Of a stretch of 64,000 bases of DNA, positions 51,566 to 59,507 are shown piece after piece. How positions within the stretch are numbered: the first letter of the stretch is position 1; each line of letters begins with the position of its first letter. A model generated the notes under the pieces. The model was not told the origin of the DNA and did no database searches. It saw nothing but the letters and a program-made list of their open reading frames with translations. This DNA is from an uncultured Comamonadaceae bacterium (GTDB lineage: Bacteria; Bacteroidota; Bacteroidia; Flavobacteriales_D; Sanyastnellaceae): assembly GCA_964390365.1 (NCBI GenBank), contig CAYMHW010000002.1, positions 7,786 to 71,785 on the forward strand, read 5' to 3'. Made by a program: the position numbers and the translations under genes.

Positions 51566-51639
51566 GGCGCAAGTCAAATGATCTGGTGTGGTTTCAGAAA
51601 CGAGCGAACGCCCAATTTAGTGCATCCTGCCCTTCGAAT

Positions 51640-51647
51640 TACCTTTG
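51640..51647 (+). promoter_or_regulatory. Candidate -7 box TACCTTTG 17 nt upstream of the 51665 ORF
   Basis: Perfect TAnnTTTG. Confidence 0.4.
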
Positions 51648-51664
51648 CGGCAGAATTCGCCCCC

Positions 51665-51997
51665 ATGACCCCTCCCCCTTCCCAACGCCGAACCGTCGCC
51701 CTGACCTTGGCGACCCTGCTCTGCTTGCACGGTGTGTTTTTTTTTAACCACTTGGTTTCGTGGCCGTTGCCGGTGTGGTTGCAGCAGCTTGATGCGGGAT
51801 TGGCGAGCCAGCGGGCGGTGCTGATGATCCTGGAGGGCATCGCAGCGGCGGTGTTGTTCGTGGACCTCATCACGCGGTTTGATGAATTGGACCCGCGGGT
51901 GCGGCCGCTGCATGTGCTGCTCGTCGCGTTGGGGGTCATCGGGGTGTTGGCCCAAATCTTCGTCTTCTTCCTCGACTCCGCCCTCTCCCTCGCCTGA
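51665..51997 (+). CDS. Small membrane protein (3 TM), hypothetical
   Basis: ATG at 51665 gives MTPPPSQRRTVALTLATLLCLHGVFFF... Three hydrophobic helices, with a promoter box at a consistent distance. Confidence 0.5.
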   Translation: MTPPPSQRRTVALTLATLLCLHGVFFFNHLVSWPLPVWLQQLDAGLASQRAVLMILEGIAAAVLFVDLITRFDELDPRVRPLHVLLVALGVIGVLAQIFVFFLDSALSLA

Positions 51998-51998
51998 C

Positions 51999-52748
51999 TC
52001 AGTCCAGCTGGTACTGGTAGTCCCCGTCGTCCAAGCGATCCGGCAACGTGACGAAGAGGCGGAATCGCTGCTTGACGTATTGAATGAACTCGTACTGGGA
52101 CCAGGTTTGGAGCATCACATCCCCGGGATCGCAAAACGCGATGAAGGCATCAAACTCCTCCGGCTCCAAGTCGATGATTTCGTAGTCGACGTACTTGATG
52201 AACAGCTCGAGGAGCAGGGCCCGGCGTCGGTCGTCGTTCTCCAAACGCGCCACCTCCCGCTTTGAGCGTTCGTCGCGGTTGAGCATTTGGTATAAGAACG
52301 TGATGGGACTGCTCAAGGCATCGACGGAAGACACGCGATAATCCGCCTCATCGTAGCCCAACGCCTTGATGTCATTCAGGATCTCCCGGAGCTCCCGCGG
52401 CGCGACCACCTCGGCAATGCCCACGTTCACCTGCAACCGGTGCAAGGCAATGTCCACGTTGATCGACGCCGAATCGAACGGCACCACCCAATTCCGCGTA
52501 TGGAACCCGATTGCCCCCACCGCCAAGGTGTCCCCCGGCGTGGCCGCCAGCACGAACTCCCCCATGGCATCGACGATGAGCCCTCCCCCATTGCCGTTCC
52601 GATTCACGACCATCGCGGCGGGCACATAACGTCCGCGCTCATCCGTCACGGAGCCGGAAACGAACACGCGATCAGGCTGCTGCGCCTGCGTGGTCAAGGG
52701 CATCCCCACGAGCATCCCCCACAAAAACTTCCGGAAAACTGGTCGCAT
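51999..52748 (-). CDS. CarboxypepD_reg-like domain protein (secreted)
   Basis: ATG at 52748 gives signal peptide MRPVFRKFLWGMLVGMPLTTQAQ. VSGSVTDERGRYVPAAMVV...GDTLAVGAIGF. The track start at 52898 overlaps the meaB promoter and gene. Confidence 0.7.
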   Translation of the reverse strand: MRPVFRKFLWGMLVGMPLTTQAQQPDRVFVSGSVTDERGRYVPAAMVVNRNGNGGGLIVDAMGEFVLAATPGDTLAVGAIGFHTRNWVVPFDSASINVDIALHRLQVNVGIAEVVAPRELREILNDIKALGYDEADYRVSSVDALSSPITFLYQMLNRDERSKREVARLENDDRRRALLLELFIKYVDYEIIDLEPEEFDAFIAFCDPGDVMLQTWSQYEFIQYVKQRFRLFVTLPDRLDDGDYQYQLD

Positions 52749-52777
52749 CAGGTCGAAAGTTACGGATTGAAAAATGC

Positions 52778-52785
52778 TAATTTCG
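52778..52785 (+). promoter_or_regulatory. Candidate -7 box TAATTTCG 4 nt upstream of the meaB ATG
   Basis: TAATTTCG-AGGC-ATG. The octamer and spacing are identical to the hisS start. Confidence 0.35.
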
Positions 52786-52789
52786 AGGC

Positions 52790-53860
52790 ATGCCGCCAAC
52801 ATCTGCCAATTCCTCGAAGCGCGATGCCGCACGCCACCGCGCCGCGGAGCGCATCCGGCGTGCCACGGCTCACCGGCAACCGCCGGACGAGTGGGCACAG
52901 GAGTTGGTCGGCGGGGATCGGGACGCCCTGTCCCGGGCCATCACGTTGGTGGAAAGCCGTTCACTTGCGGACCGCCCCGCCGCGGAAGCCTTGCTCGAGT
53001 CGGTGGGGCGCTTGGAAGTGGGGGCCCGTGCCGTGCGGGTGGGCATCACCGGCATTCCGGGCGTGGGCAAGAGCACATTCATCGAGCGCTTTGGCCAAAC
53101 CCTGATCCAAGCCGGCCACCGGGTCGCCGTCTTGGCGGTCGACCCCTCGAGCCAGCGATCGCACGGCAGCCTCCTCGGAGACAAAACCCGGATGGAGCAG
53201 CTGGTGCGTCACCCCCATGCCTTTGTTCGCCCCAGCCCCGCCGCGGATGCCCTTGGAGGCGTCAACCGCGCGACCTCGGAAGCCATCGCCCTGTGCGAAG
53301 CCGCCGGCTACGACCGGATCTTGGTCGAAACGGTGGGTGTCGGGCAGTCGGAAACCGCCGTTCGGGAAATGACCGACATCTTCCTGTTGTTGCTCATCAG
53401 CGGGGCGGGCGATGACTTGCAAGGCATCAAGCGCGGCATCATGGAGATGGCCGATGCCGTCGTCGTGAACAAGGCCGATGGAGCTGGGATCGAGGCGGCG
53501 CGCCGGACGGCCCAAGAATGCGCCTCCGCTCTGCATTTGCTTCCTCCGGCACCCCACGGCAGCCCCGTCGAAGTGTTCACGGCGAGCGGTTTGGAAGGGC
53601 AAGGATTGGAGGCGGTAGCCGCGCATTTGGCCCACCTTGAACGCACTTGGATTGCTTCCGGATGGTGGGCGCAGCAGCGGACGGCACAGCGCATGGAACG
53701 CTTCGAGCGGCAAGTCAGGGAGCGGCTGCTGGACCGCGCGATCAACAAAGCCGAATTGAAGGCGTTATGGGAACGCTTACAAACTCAGGTAGCACACGGG
53801 CAAATTTCACCCTATTCTGCAGCGAACCTCTTCGTGAATAACGTAGATTCGTCTATATGA
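52790..53860 (+). CDS. meaB: G3E-family GTPase MeaB/ArgK (methylmalonyl-CoA mutase-associated type)
   Basis: 356 aa. ALSRAITLVES, Walker A GIPGVGKST, AVDPSS, ETVGVGQSE, NKAD. Confidence 0.88.
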   Translation: MPPTSANSSKRDAARHRAAERIRRATAHRQPPDEWAQELVGGDRDALSRAITLVESRSLADRPAAEALLESVGRLEVGARAVRVGITGIPGVGKSTFIERFGQTLIQAGHRVAVLAVDPSSQRSHGSLLGDKTRMEQLVRHPHAFVRPSPAADALGGVNRATSEAIALCEAAGYDRILVETVGVGQSETAVREMTDIFLLLLISGAGDDLQGIKRGIMEMADAVVVNKADGAGIEAARRTAQECASALHLLPPAPHGSPVEVFTASGLEGQGLEAVAAHLAHLERTWIASGWWAQQRTAQRMERFERQVRERLLDRAINKAELKALWERLQTQVAHGQISPYSAANLFVNNVDSSI

Positions 53861-54708
53861 ATTTGAGTTTCGTCTTGTTTTCGGCTCACTTGTGCGCGGG
53901 AAGTGCAGCGGCGGCAATGGTGTGGGGGGTGCCCCTTGAATTGCTCCAAGTCTGGCGGTTGCATCCTGGGCGCACGGCGGTCGTTTGGGCGATGGGGCTC
54001 GCGGCCATCATCGCGCTTCCAACGCCATGGGGTGCGGGCATGCTCGTCGCCTCGTTGCTCCACACGGTGGCGATGGCTCGTCGCAGTTTGGTGGGATTGA
54101 AGAAGTGGGGGCAACAAGACCCGGTGCGCACCTCTGAGCAGCAAGCGCGCCTGATGGACCTGCGTGGACAGCTCGCTCGGTTGCACGAGCAAGAACGCAT
54201 GGCCATTCGCATCCAACAGACCGAAACAGAGAAGAAAACCCTGGCGGATTCCTATCGCCGGTTCGACGCCATCCTCATGACCATTGAACAGCACCTCGCC
54301 CTGGGGGATACCGAGCGGGCTGAGCGGCTCATCACGTTGTTTGGCAAGCACTTGCGAGGGGTTCTGAACGAGGCGAGCAGTCCGTTCATCCGCTTGAACG
54401 ACACGCTGGATGCGATTCGGAACTACCTGTCGCTGATGGAGGCGCTGACGGATGAGCGGCTGCTCATCGATTTGGACGATGGAATGATTGAACCTGAAAA
54501 CGGGGTGCGCATGACGCGCAACCTGGAAATCACGCCCTGGGTGGAGGCCCAAACGTGGCCGCTGTTTGAATCAGCCGAGCGGATGACGGACGTGGCGGAA
54601 CCTCACCTCATCACTGCCGACTTGGAAGGTGGTGAGGTCGTATTCCGACTGGACGATGGTCCCACCCTGCGGCTGAAGCTGATGGGGTCTGCGGCGAAAC
54701 GCGCTTAG
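53857..54708 (+). CDS. Membrane protein with a degenerate LytS-type histidine-kinase module (pseudokinase)
   Basis: 2-3 N-terminal TM segments and a coiled coil. SYRRFDAILMTIEQHL...LFGKHLRGVLNEASSPFIRLNDTLDAIRNYLSLMEA is collinear with the PHFLFN...LEEELEHVESYLELEA region of the intact kinase at 59567, but it has no His and no N/G boxes. ATGA overlap with meaB. Confidence 0.55.
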   Translation: MNLSFVLFSAHLCAGSAAAAMVWGVPLELLQVWRLHPGRTAVVWAMGLAAIIALPTPWGAGMLVASLLHTVAMARRSLVGLKKWGQQDPVRTSEQQARLMDLRGQLARLHEQERMAIRIQQTETEKKTLADSYRRFDAILMTIEQHLALGDTERAERLITLFGKHLRGVLNEASSPFIRLNDTLDAIRNYLSLMEALTDERLLIDLDDGMIEPENGVRMTRNLEITPWVEAQTWPLFESAERMTDVAEPHLITADLEGGEVVFRLDDGPTLRLKLMGSAAKRA

Positions 54709-56087
54709 GCCAGGACGCGCTGCTGCAGAAAGGCCACCGCCTCATCCCGCGAAACGCGCACTTCATTCCGAGCCGCCATGTCCTTGAGGGTCACCGCATG
54801 TTCCGCTCGTTCCTCCTCTCCAGCGAACACCACGAAGGGGGCGTTCACGTCCACGGCGTACTTCAGCTGCTTTTTCAGCTTGGCGAGTTCGGGATACAAG
54901 ACGGTGCGAATTCCCGCTTCGCGCAGGTCATCGACGAGTTGGAGGTCTGCGGCGGTGCCGGATTCGTCCATGCGAAGCACCAGGACATCGAATGCCACTT
55001 CTTGGCCTTCAGGAAACAAACCGAAGTGCTCGCAGACGTCGTAGATGCGATCCGCACCGAAGCTGATGCCCACCCCGCTCATGTCGGGCCATCCGAAAAT
55101 GCCCGTCAAGTCGGCGTAGCGTCCGCCACCGCATATGCTGCCCACGGGAGCATCGGGAACGCGCACCTCGAAGATCGCCCCAGTGTAATAATTCAGGCCG
55201 CGGGCCAACGTGGGATCGAAGACGACGTGCGCCTGAGCGGACCGCCCGGCACACCAGTCCAGCAGCGTGCTCACGTCCCGCGCACCTTGAATGCCCGAAT
55301 CCGAACCCGCGAGGAGCTCGGAAACGGCCGCCAACCGCTCCTTGTCGGATGCGAGGCTCGGCAAGCGCAGAACGTCCTGGACTCCCGAACGCACCGTTTC
55401 ACCGAAGTCGCGGACGACGAGTTCGTCGTCCACGCCTTGCGGACCCACCTTATCGAGCTTGTCCATCGCCACCGTGAGATCGGTCAAGCGGTCGCTCACC
55501 CCCCACGTCTCTGCCATCCCCGCAAGGATGCGGCGGTCGTTGAGCACGATTTGGAATCCCGGCACCCCCAGTTCCGTCAAGACCTCCGTGAACAGTTGAA
55601 TCAGATCGAATTCGCTGACCAGGCTGTCGGTCCCGATGATGTCCGCATCGCATTGCGTGAACTCTTGGTAGCGACCGCGGCCGGGGCGGTCACCGCGCCA
55701 CACGGTTTGGATTTGATACCTCCGAAAGGGAAAGCTCAACTCGTTCCGCGACATGACCACAAACCGCGCAAACGGAACCGTCAGATCGTAGCGCAACGCC
55801 TTCTTGGCAATCGAGGGCGTCAAGGCCTTGCTGTTCCGCTCAGACAACGCCGACTCGTCCGCTTTCGCGAGGTAATCCCCGTTGTTCAAGATCCGGAAAA
55901 TCAGCTGGTCGCCTTCCTCGCCGTACTTGCCCGTTAAAGTGGACAGGTTTTCCATCGCCGGCGTCTCCACAGGGGCCAATCCGTGCCGCTCGAACCCGCG
56001 CCGGATGGTGTTCAAAATCCAATTCCGGCGGGACATCACCACCGGACCAAAATCTCGTGTTCCCTTCGGAATGCTCGGCTTGTTCAT
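54705..56087 (-). CDS. hisS: Histidine--tRNA ligase
   Basis: 460 aa. Class II motifs (GTRDF, RYQIQTVWRGDRPGRGRYQEFTQCD, LARGLNYYTG) and an anticodon-binding C-terminus. Confidence 0.94.
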   Translation of the reverse strand: MNKPSIPKGTRDFGPVVMSRRNWILNTIRRGFERHGLAPVETPAMENLSTLTGKYGEEGDQLIFRILNNGDYLAKADESALSERNSKALTPSIAKKALRYDLTVPFARFVVMSRNELSFPFRRYQIQTVWRGDRPGRGRYQEFTQCDADIIGTDSLVSEFDLIQLFTEVLTELGVPGFQIVLNDRRILAGMAETWGVSDRLTDLTVAMDKLDKVGPQGVDDELVVRDFGETVRSGVQDVLRLPSLASDKERLAAVSELLAGSDSGIQGARDVSTLLDWCAGRSAQAHVVFDPTLARGLNYYTGAIFEVRVPDAPVGSICGGGRYADLTGIFGWPDMSGVGISFGADRIYDVCEHFGLFPEGQEVAFDVLVLRMDESGTAADLQLVDDLREAGIRTVLYPELAKLKKQLKYAVDVNAPFVVFAGEEERAEHAVTLKDMAARNEVRVSRDEAVAFLQQRVLA

Positions 56088-56091
56088 GCCG

Positions 56092-56099
56092 CGAAATTA
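56092..56099 (-). promoter_or_regulatory. Candidate -7 box TAATTTCG 4 nt upstream of the hisS ATG
   Basis: Reverse strand reads TAATTTCG-CGGC-ATG. Confidence 0.35.
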
Positions 56100-56212
56100 C
56101 CGCTTGTTCCCCAATCGTTTTTGGATGAAGGTGAAAACCAACAACACCGCCAAGCCAAACCAAATCCACATCATGACCGTTTCATTTTCGAAGCCCGCAA
56201 CGCGCGGAGTGC

Positions 56213-56220
56213 TAACTTCG
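56213..56220 (+). promoter_or_regulatory. Candidate -7 box TAACTTCG 8 nt upstream of the WD40 gene ATG
   Basis: One-mismatch TAnnTTTG variant in the hisS/WD40 divergent gap. Confidence 0.3.
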
Positions 56221-56228
56221 TGAATTCC

Positions 56229-57155
56229 ATGGAACGTTCGGAACTCCTCGCCGTTTTTTCTGGCCATTCGGGAGCGGTGTACGACGCCGCGTTTTGGGAA
56301 GCAACCGGTCGGTGGGTGACCGCAGCCGGTGACGGCGTGGTGGCCCAGTGGAATGGCGATGGGCAGGGAACCGCGCTGTGCCATCATTCCTCGCCGTTTT
56401 ACAGCGTGGCCACTTTCGGGGATTGGTTGTTCGCCGGCAGCGCGTCGGGCGAGGTGATGGTGATGAACCGCGATGGGCGGCCTCCGCAGCGGGTGGAGGC
56501 GCATGCCCAGGGCGTTTTTGCGCTGGTTCCGACGGCGGATGGGTTGTGGTCGGGCGGAGGCGCAGGCCAAATCCGACCCTGGGCGTTCAACGGCGACCGC
56601 TGGCAACCCGGACCGGCTTTCCGCACGCCCGACGGCTCCAAAGTCCGCACCCTCCACCCCGCCACGGACGGGTGGCTCGTCGGCACGAGCGCGGGCTGGC
56701 TGGGCACGTTCACACCGTCCACCGGGTTCACTCGCTTCCGTGACGCTCCGGAAACCGGACATTACGGCGCGGTTCGAGCGCGAAACCGCGCCGCTTGGGT
56801 CGTCGCCGACGGGGACGGGCACCTGCGCGCTTACCGCGACGATGGCGAACTCGTCATCGCGTTCCCAGCGCACCAAGGCCCGGTGTACCGCATGGTGCAG
56901 GTCGGGGAAACGATTTGGACTGCCAGCCGCGACAAGTCCATCAAAGCTTGGAACGAACGCGACTTGACCTCTCTTGACAAGGTCAGCTTCCAAACCGGCG
57001 GCCACACCCGCTCCGTGAATGCGCTTGCTGCCGCTCAAACCCCGGAAGGCTGGCGACTCCTGACGGGAGGCGATGACCGGCGAGCGCGGCTGTTTGGGCT
57101 CACGGATTCGGGATGCCTCGCCACCAATCCACCGGCTCAGCGCCGCATGCCGTGA
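56229..57155 (+). CDS. WD40-like beta-propeller repeat protein
   Basis: ATG at 56229. Repeated GH...V......D....SAS.DG.I..W units (GHSGAVYDAAF, AHQGPVYRMV, ASRDKSIKAWN, GGDDRRARLF). Confidence 0.7.
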   Translation: MERSELLAVFSGHSGAVYDAAFWEATGRWVTAAGDGVVAQWNGDGQGTALCHHSSPFYSVATFGDWLFAGSASGEVMVMNRDGRPPQRVEAHAQGVFALVPTADGLWSGGGAGQIRPWAFNGDRWQPGPAFRTPDGSKVRTLHPATDGWLVGTSAGWLGTFTPSTGFTRFRDAPETGHYGAVRARNRAAWVVADGDGHLRAYRDDGELVIAFPAHQGPVYRMVQVGETIWTASRDKSIKAWNERDLTSLDKVSFQTGGHTRSVNALAAAQTPEGWRLLTGGDDRRARLFGLTDSGCLATNPPAQRRMP

Positions 57156-57807
57156 GCCAGGCGTTGGCTTGGCTGAACGGTCGGCTTCCGAAAAATCCTC
57201 GATGCGCCGAAAGCGGACTCGGATGCGGGGCGACGAACGTGCGGTGCTCCGGTCGGTGGACGCGTGACGCAAAAGCCGAAGCGGGCTTGCCCCACAGCAG
57301 GAACGCAACGGGCTGGGGTTGCGCGCACACCGCATCGACGATGGCGCCCGTGAGGGCTTCCCACCCCTGACCGCGGAACGCCCCGGCTTGCCCCAAGCGC
57401 ACCGTCAAGGCGACGTTCAGTAGGAGCACGCCCTGGGCGACCCAACCGCTCAGCACGCCCGCACCTTCCGGCTGTTCCATCCAGCGCTCGGGCGGCACAT
57501 CGGCCGCGAGTTCCTTGAGGATGTTTCGAAGGGAAGGCGGATGGGGTTGGCCATGCCGGACGGAGAAGGCCAAACCGTGTGCCTGCCCCACCCCGTGATA
57601 CGGATCCTGACCGAGGATGACCACCCGAACGCGATCGAGCGGCAGCGCATCGAAGGCCGTGAAGACCTCACCGGGTGAAGGGACGACGTCGCTGTCGTGG
57701 TGGGCGGTTTCCCAGAGGGCTTGGATTTGGCCTGCATCATGCGGGGTCAATCCATCCCGGATGGCTTCCCACCAAGCGGCATCCAAAGCGGCTTTCCAAT
57801 CGTTCAC
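57100..57807 (-). CDS. ung: Uracil-DNA glycosylase (family 1)
   Basis: 235 aa, GTG start. VVILGQDPYHGVGQAHGLAFSV, LLLNVALTV, APHPSPLSAHRGFFG. Confidence 0.93.
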   Translation of the reverse strand: MNDWKAALDAAWWEAIRDGLTPHDAGQIQALWETAHHDSDVVPSPGEVFTAFDALPLDRVRVVILGQDPYHGVGQAHGLAFSVRHGQPHPPSLRNILKELAADVPPERWMEQPEGAGVLSGWVAQGVLLLNVALTVRLGQAGAFRGQGWEALTGAIVDAVCAQPQPVAFLLWGKPASAFASRVHRPEHRTFVAPHPSPLSAHRGFFGSRPFSQANAWLTACGAEPVDWWRGIPNP

Positions 57808-57887
57808 GCGCGTAAGTTAAGCAAGAACTCAGGCGATTCCATGCCAAACCACCCGCCGAGTGTTCACAATCTCCGAGGGAAAAAGAA

Positions 57888-57901
57888 CGTTCAATTGAAC
57901 G
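57888..57901. promoter_or_regulatory. Perfect 14-bp palindrome CGTTCAATTGAACG (candidate operator) in the ung/helicase divergent region
   Basis: All 7 base pairs of the inverted repeat match. It lies 33 nt upstream of the TACTTTTG box at 57934, and the overlapping GAACGTTC is also palindromic. Confidence 0.4.
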
Positions 57902-57933
57902 GGCGATTCCTTCGGGTTCCCCGATTCCAAAGG

Positions 57934-57941
57934 TACTTTTG
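57934..57941 (+). promoter_or_regulatory. Candidate -7 box TACTTTTG upstream of the helicase gene
   Basis: Perfect TAnnTTTG, 20 nt before the in-frame GTG at 57962 and 50 nt before the ATG at 57992. Confidence 0.4.
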
Positions 57942-57991
57942 CACCTTCAAGCCCCGCCCACGTGCAGCCAGCCGAACCCGCTCTCCTCCCC

Positions 57992-59494
57992 ATGTCCGCT
58001 CAGGAAACCAAGCAGCTTTACCACTACCAAGAATCCGCCATCGAGAAGTTGATGGACCGGATGCGGAAATTCCCCGAACACTACAACCTGCTGTTCCAAT
58101 TGCCTACCGGCGGCGGAAAAACCGTGATTTTCTCGGAGCTCACGCGCCGATTCATTGAGGAAACGGGCAAGAAGGTTCTGATTTTGACGCACCGCATTGA
58201 GTTGTGCGGCCAAACGAGTCGGATGCTCACCGAAATCGGCGTTCCGAACAAAATCATCAACAGCAAGGTCAAGGAACTCGAAGAGGACCACGATCACGTG
58301 TGCTTTGTGGCAATGGTGGAGACGCTCAACAACCGGTTGAACGACGAGCGCATTGAGTTTGAAGATTTGGGCTTGGTCATCATCGACGAGGCCCACTACA
58401 ACAGCTTCCGCAAGCTCTTCGGGTACTTCGACGAGCAGATCATCCTCGGCGTGACCGCCACCCCGTTGAGCAGCAACATCAAGCTCCCCCTCAAGGACAA
58501 TTACAACGAGCTCATCGTCGGCGAGTCCATTGCTGCGCTTGTGGAGCAGGGCTTCCTCGCTGAGGCCATCACCTATTCCTACGACGTGAATTTGCGCTCC
58601 TTGAAGGTGGGCATCAGCGGCGATTACACGGTGAGCAGCTCCGAGCGGTTGTACGGCAATTACCTGATGCAGGAGAAGTTGCTCTATGCTTATGAAGAGA
58701 AGGCGAAGGGGACCAAAACCCTGATCTTCAACAACGGGATCAACACCTCCAAGCAAGTCCAAGCCATGTTCCTCGAGGAAGGATACGAATGCATGCATTT
58801 GGACAACACCCACAGCGAAAAGGAGCGGGAGGAAATCCTGACCTGGTTCGAGAACAAACCGGACGCCATCCTGTCCTCGGTGAGCATTTTGACCACGGGA
58901 TTCGATTCGCCTTCTGTGGAAACCATCATCTTGAATCGGGCCACGAAGTCGCTGACGTTGTATCACCAAATGATAGGGCGGGGGTCCCGCGTGTTGCCTC
59001 ACAAGAAGCAATTCAACGTCATTGATTTGGGGAACAATGCGCGGCGGTTTGGGCTGTGGGACACGCACATCAATTGGGCGGAAATCTTCAAGGCACCGAA
59101 TGCTTACATCGAAGGACTCTACTCGGACGAGGAAATCGAGGAGGAATTCGTTTACGAGTACGACGATGACGTGCTGAAGCGGCTCGAAGGCGGTCCTTCC
59201 GTGGAGTTCGACGTGGCCGAGGTCTACCTGGAAGTGACGCGGAACGGCGACCGTCCGAAGGTGGTCATCGACCGGAGCATTGAGCACCACGTTTCCATCA
59301 TTCGGTACTTGTGCGAGGATTTTTGGGACGCCTCGGATTTTGTCAAGACGATTGAAGGGGACATCAACTTCCGGGTCCGGCAATACGCCAAATGCATCGC
59401 GAAGACCACCGAAAACTACAAGAATTGGCTGCAAGAGGACTACACGCGGAAGCTGATGAGCGCACTGCGCCAGGCCTTTGCTGGCGACGAATGA
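57992..59494 (+). CDS. SF2 DEAH-box helicase (type III restriction Res / RadD-like core) with an uncharacterised C-terminal domain
   Basis: Motif I LPTGGGKT, II DEAH, III TATP, VI QMIGRGSR. About 130 aa of C-terminal extension. Alternative GTG start at 57962. Confidence 0.85.
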   Translation: MSAQETKQLYHYQESAIEKLMDRMRKFPEHYNLLFQLPTGGGKTVIFSELTRRFIEETGKKVLILTHRIELCGQTSRMLTEIGVPNKIINSKVKELEEDHDHVCFVAMVETLNNRLNDERIEFEDLGLVIIDEAHYNSFRKLFGYFDEQIILGVTATPLSSNIKLPLKDNYNELIVGESIAALVEQGFLAEAITYSYDVNLRSLKVGISGDYTVSSSERLYGNYLMQEKLLYAYEEKAKGTKTLIFNNGINTSKQVQAMFLEEGYECMHLDNTHSEKEREEILTWFENKPDAILSSVSILTTGFDSPSVETIILNRATKSLTLYHQMIGRGSRVLPHKKQFNVIDLGNNARRFGLWDTHINWAEIFKAPNAYIEGLYSDEEIEEEFVYEYDDDVLKRLEGGPSVEFDVAEVYLEVTRNGDRPKVVIDRSIEHHVSIIRYLCEDFWDASDFVKTIEGDINFRVRQYAKCIAKTTENYKNWLQEDYTRKLMSALRQAFAGDE

Positions 59495-59507
59495 ACGGGG
59501 CTTAAGC

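Noticed and set aside
56097-57335. 412-aa minus-strand ORF, and its terminal 25-codon micro-ORF MMWIWFGLAVLLVFTFIQKRLGNKR (56097..56174) just upstream of hisS
   Set aside because: The long ORF is antisense to the WD40 gene. The micro-ORF looks like a TM peptide, but its TAA stop is part of the TAATTTCG box 4 nt before the hisS ATG. The region is therefore better explained as the hisS promoter. I cannot exclude a real small protein without Ribo-seq.
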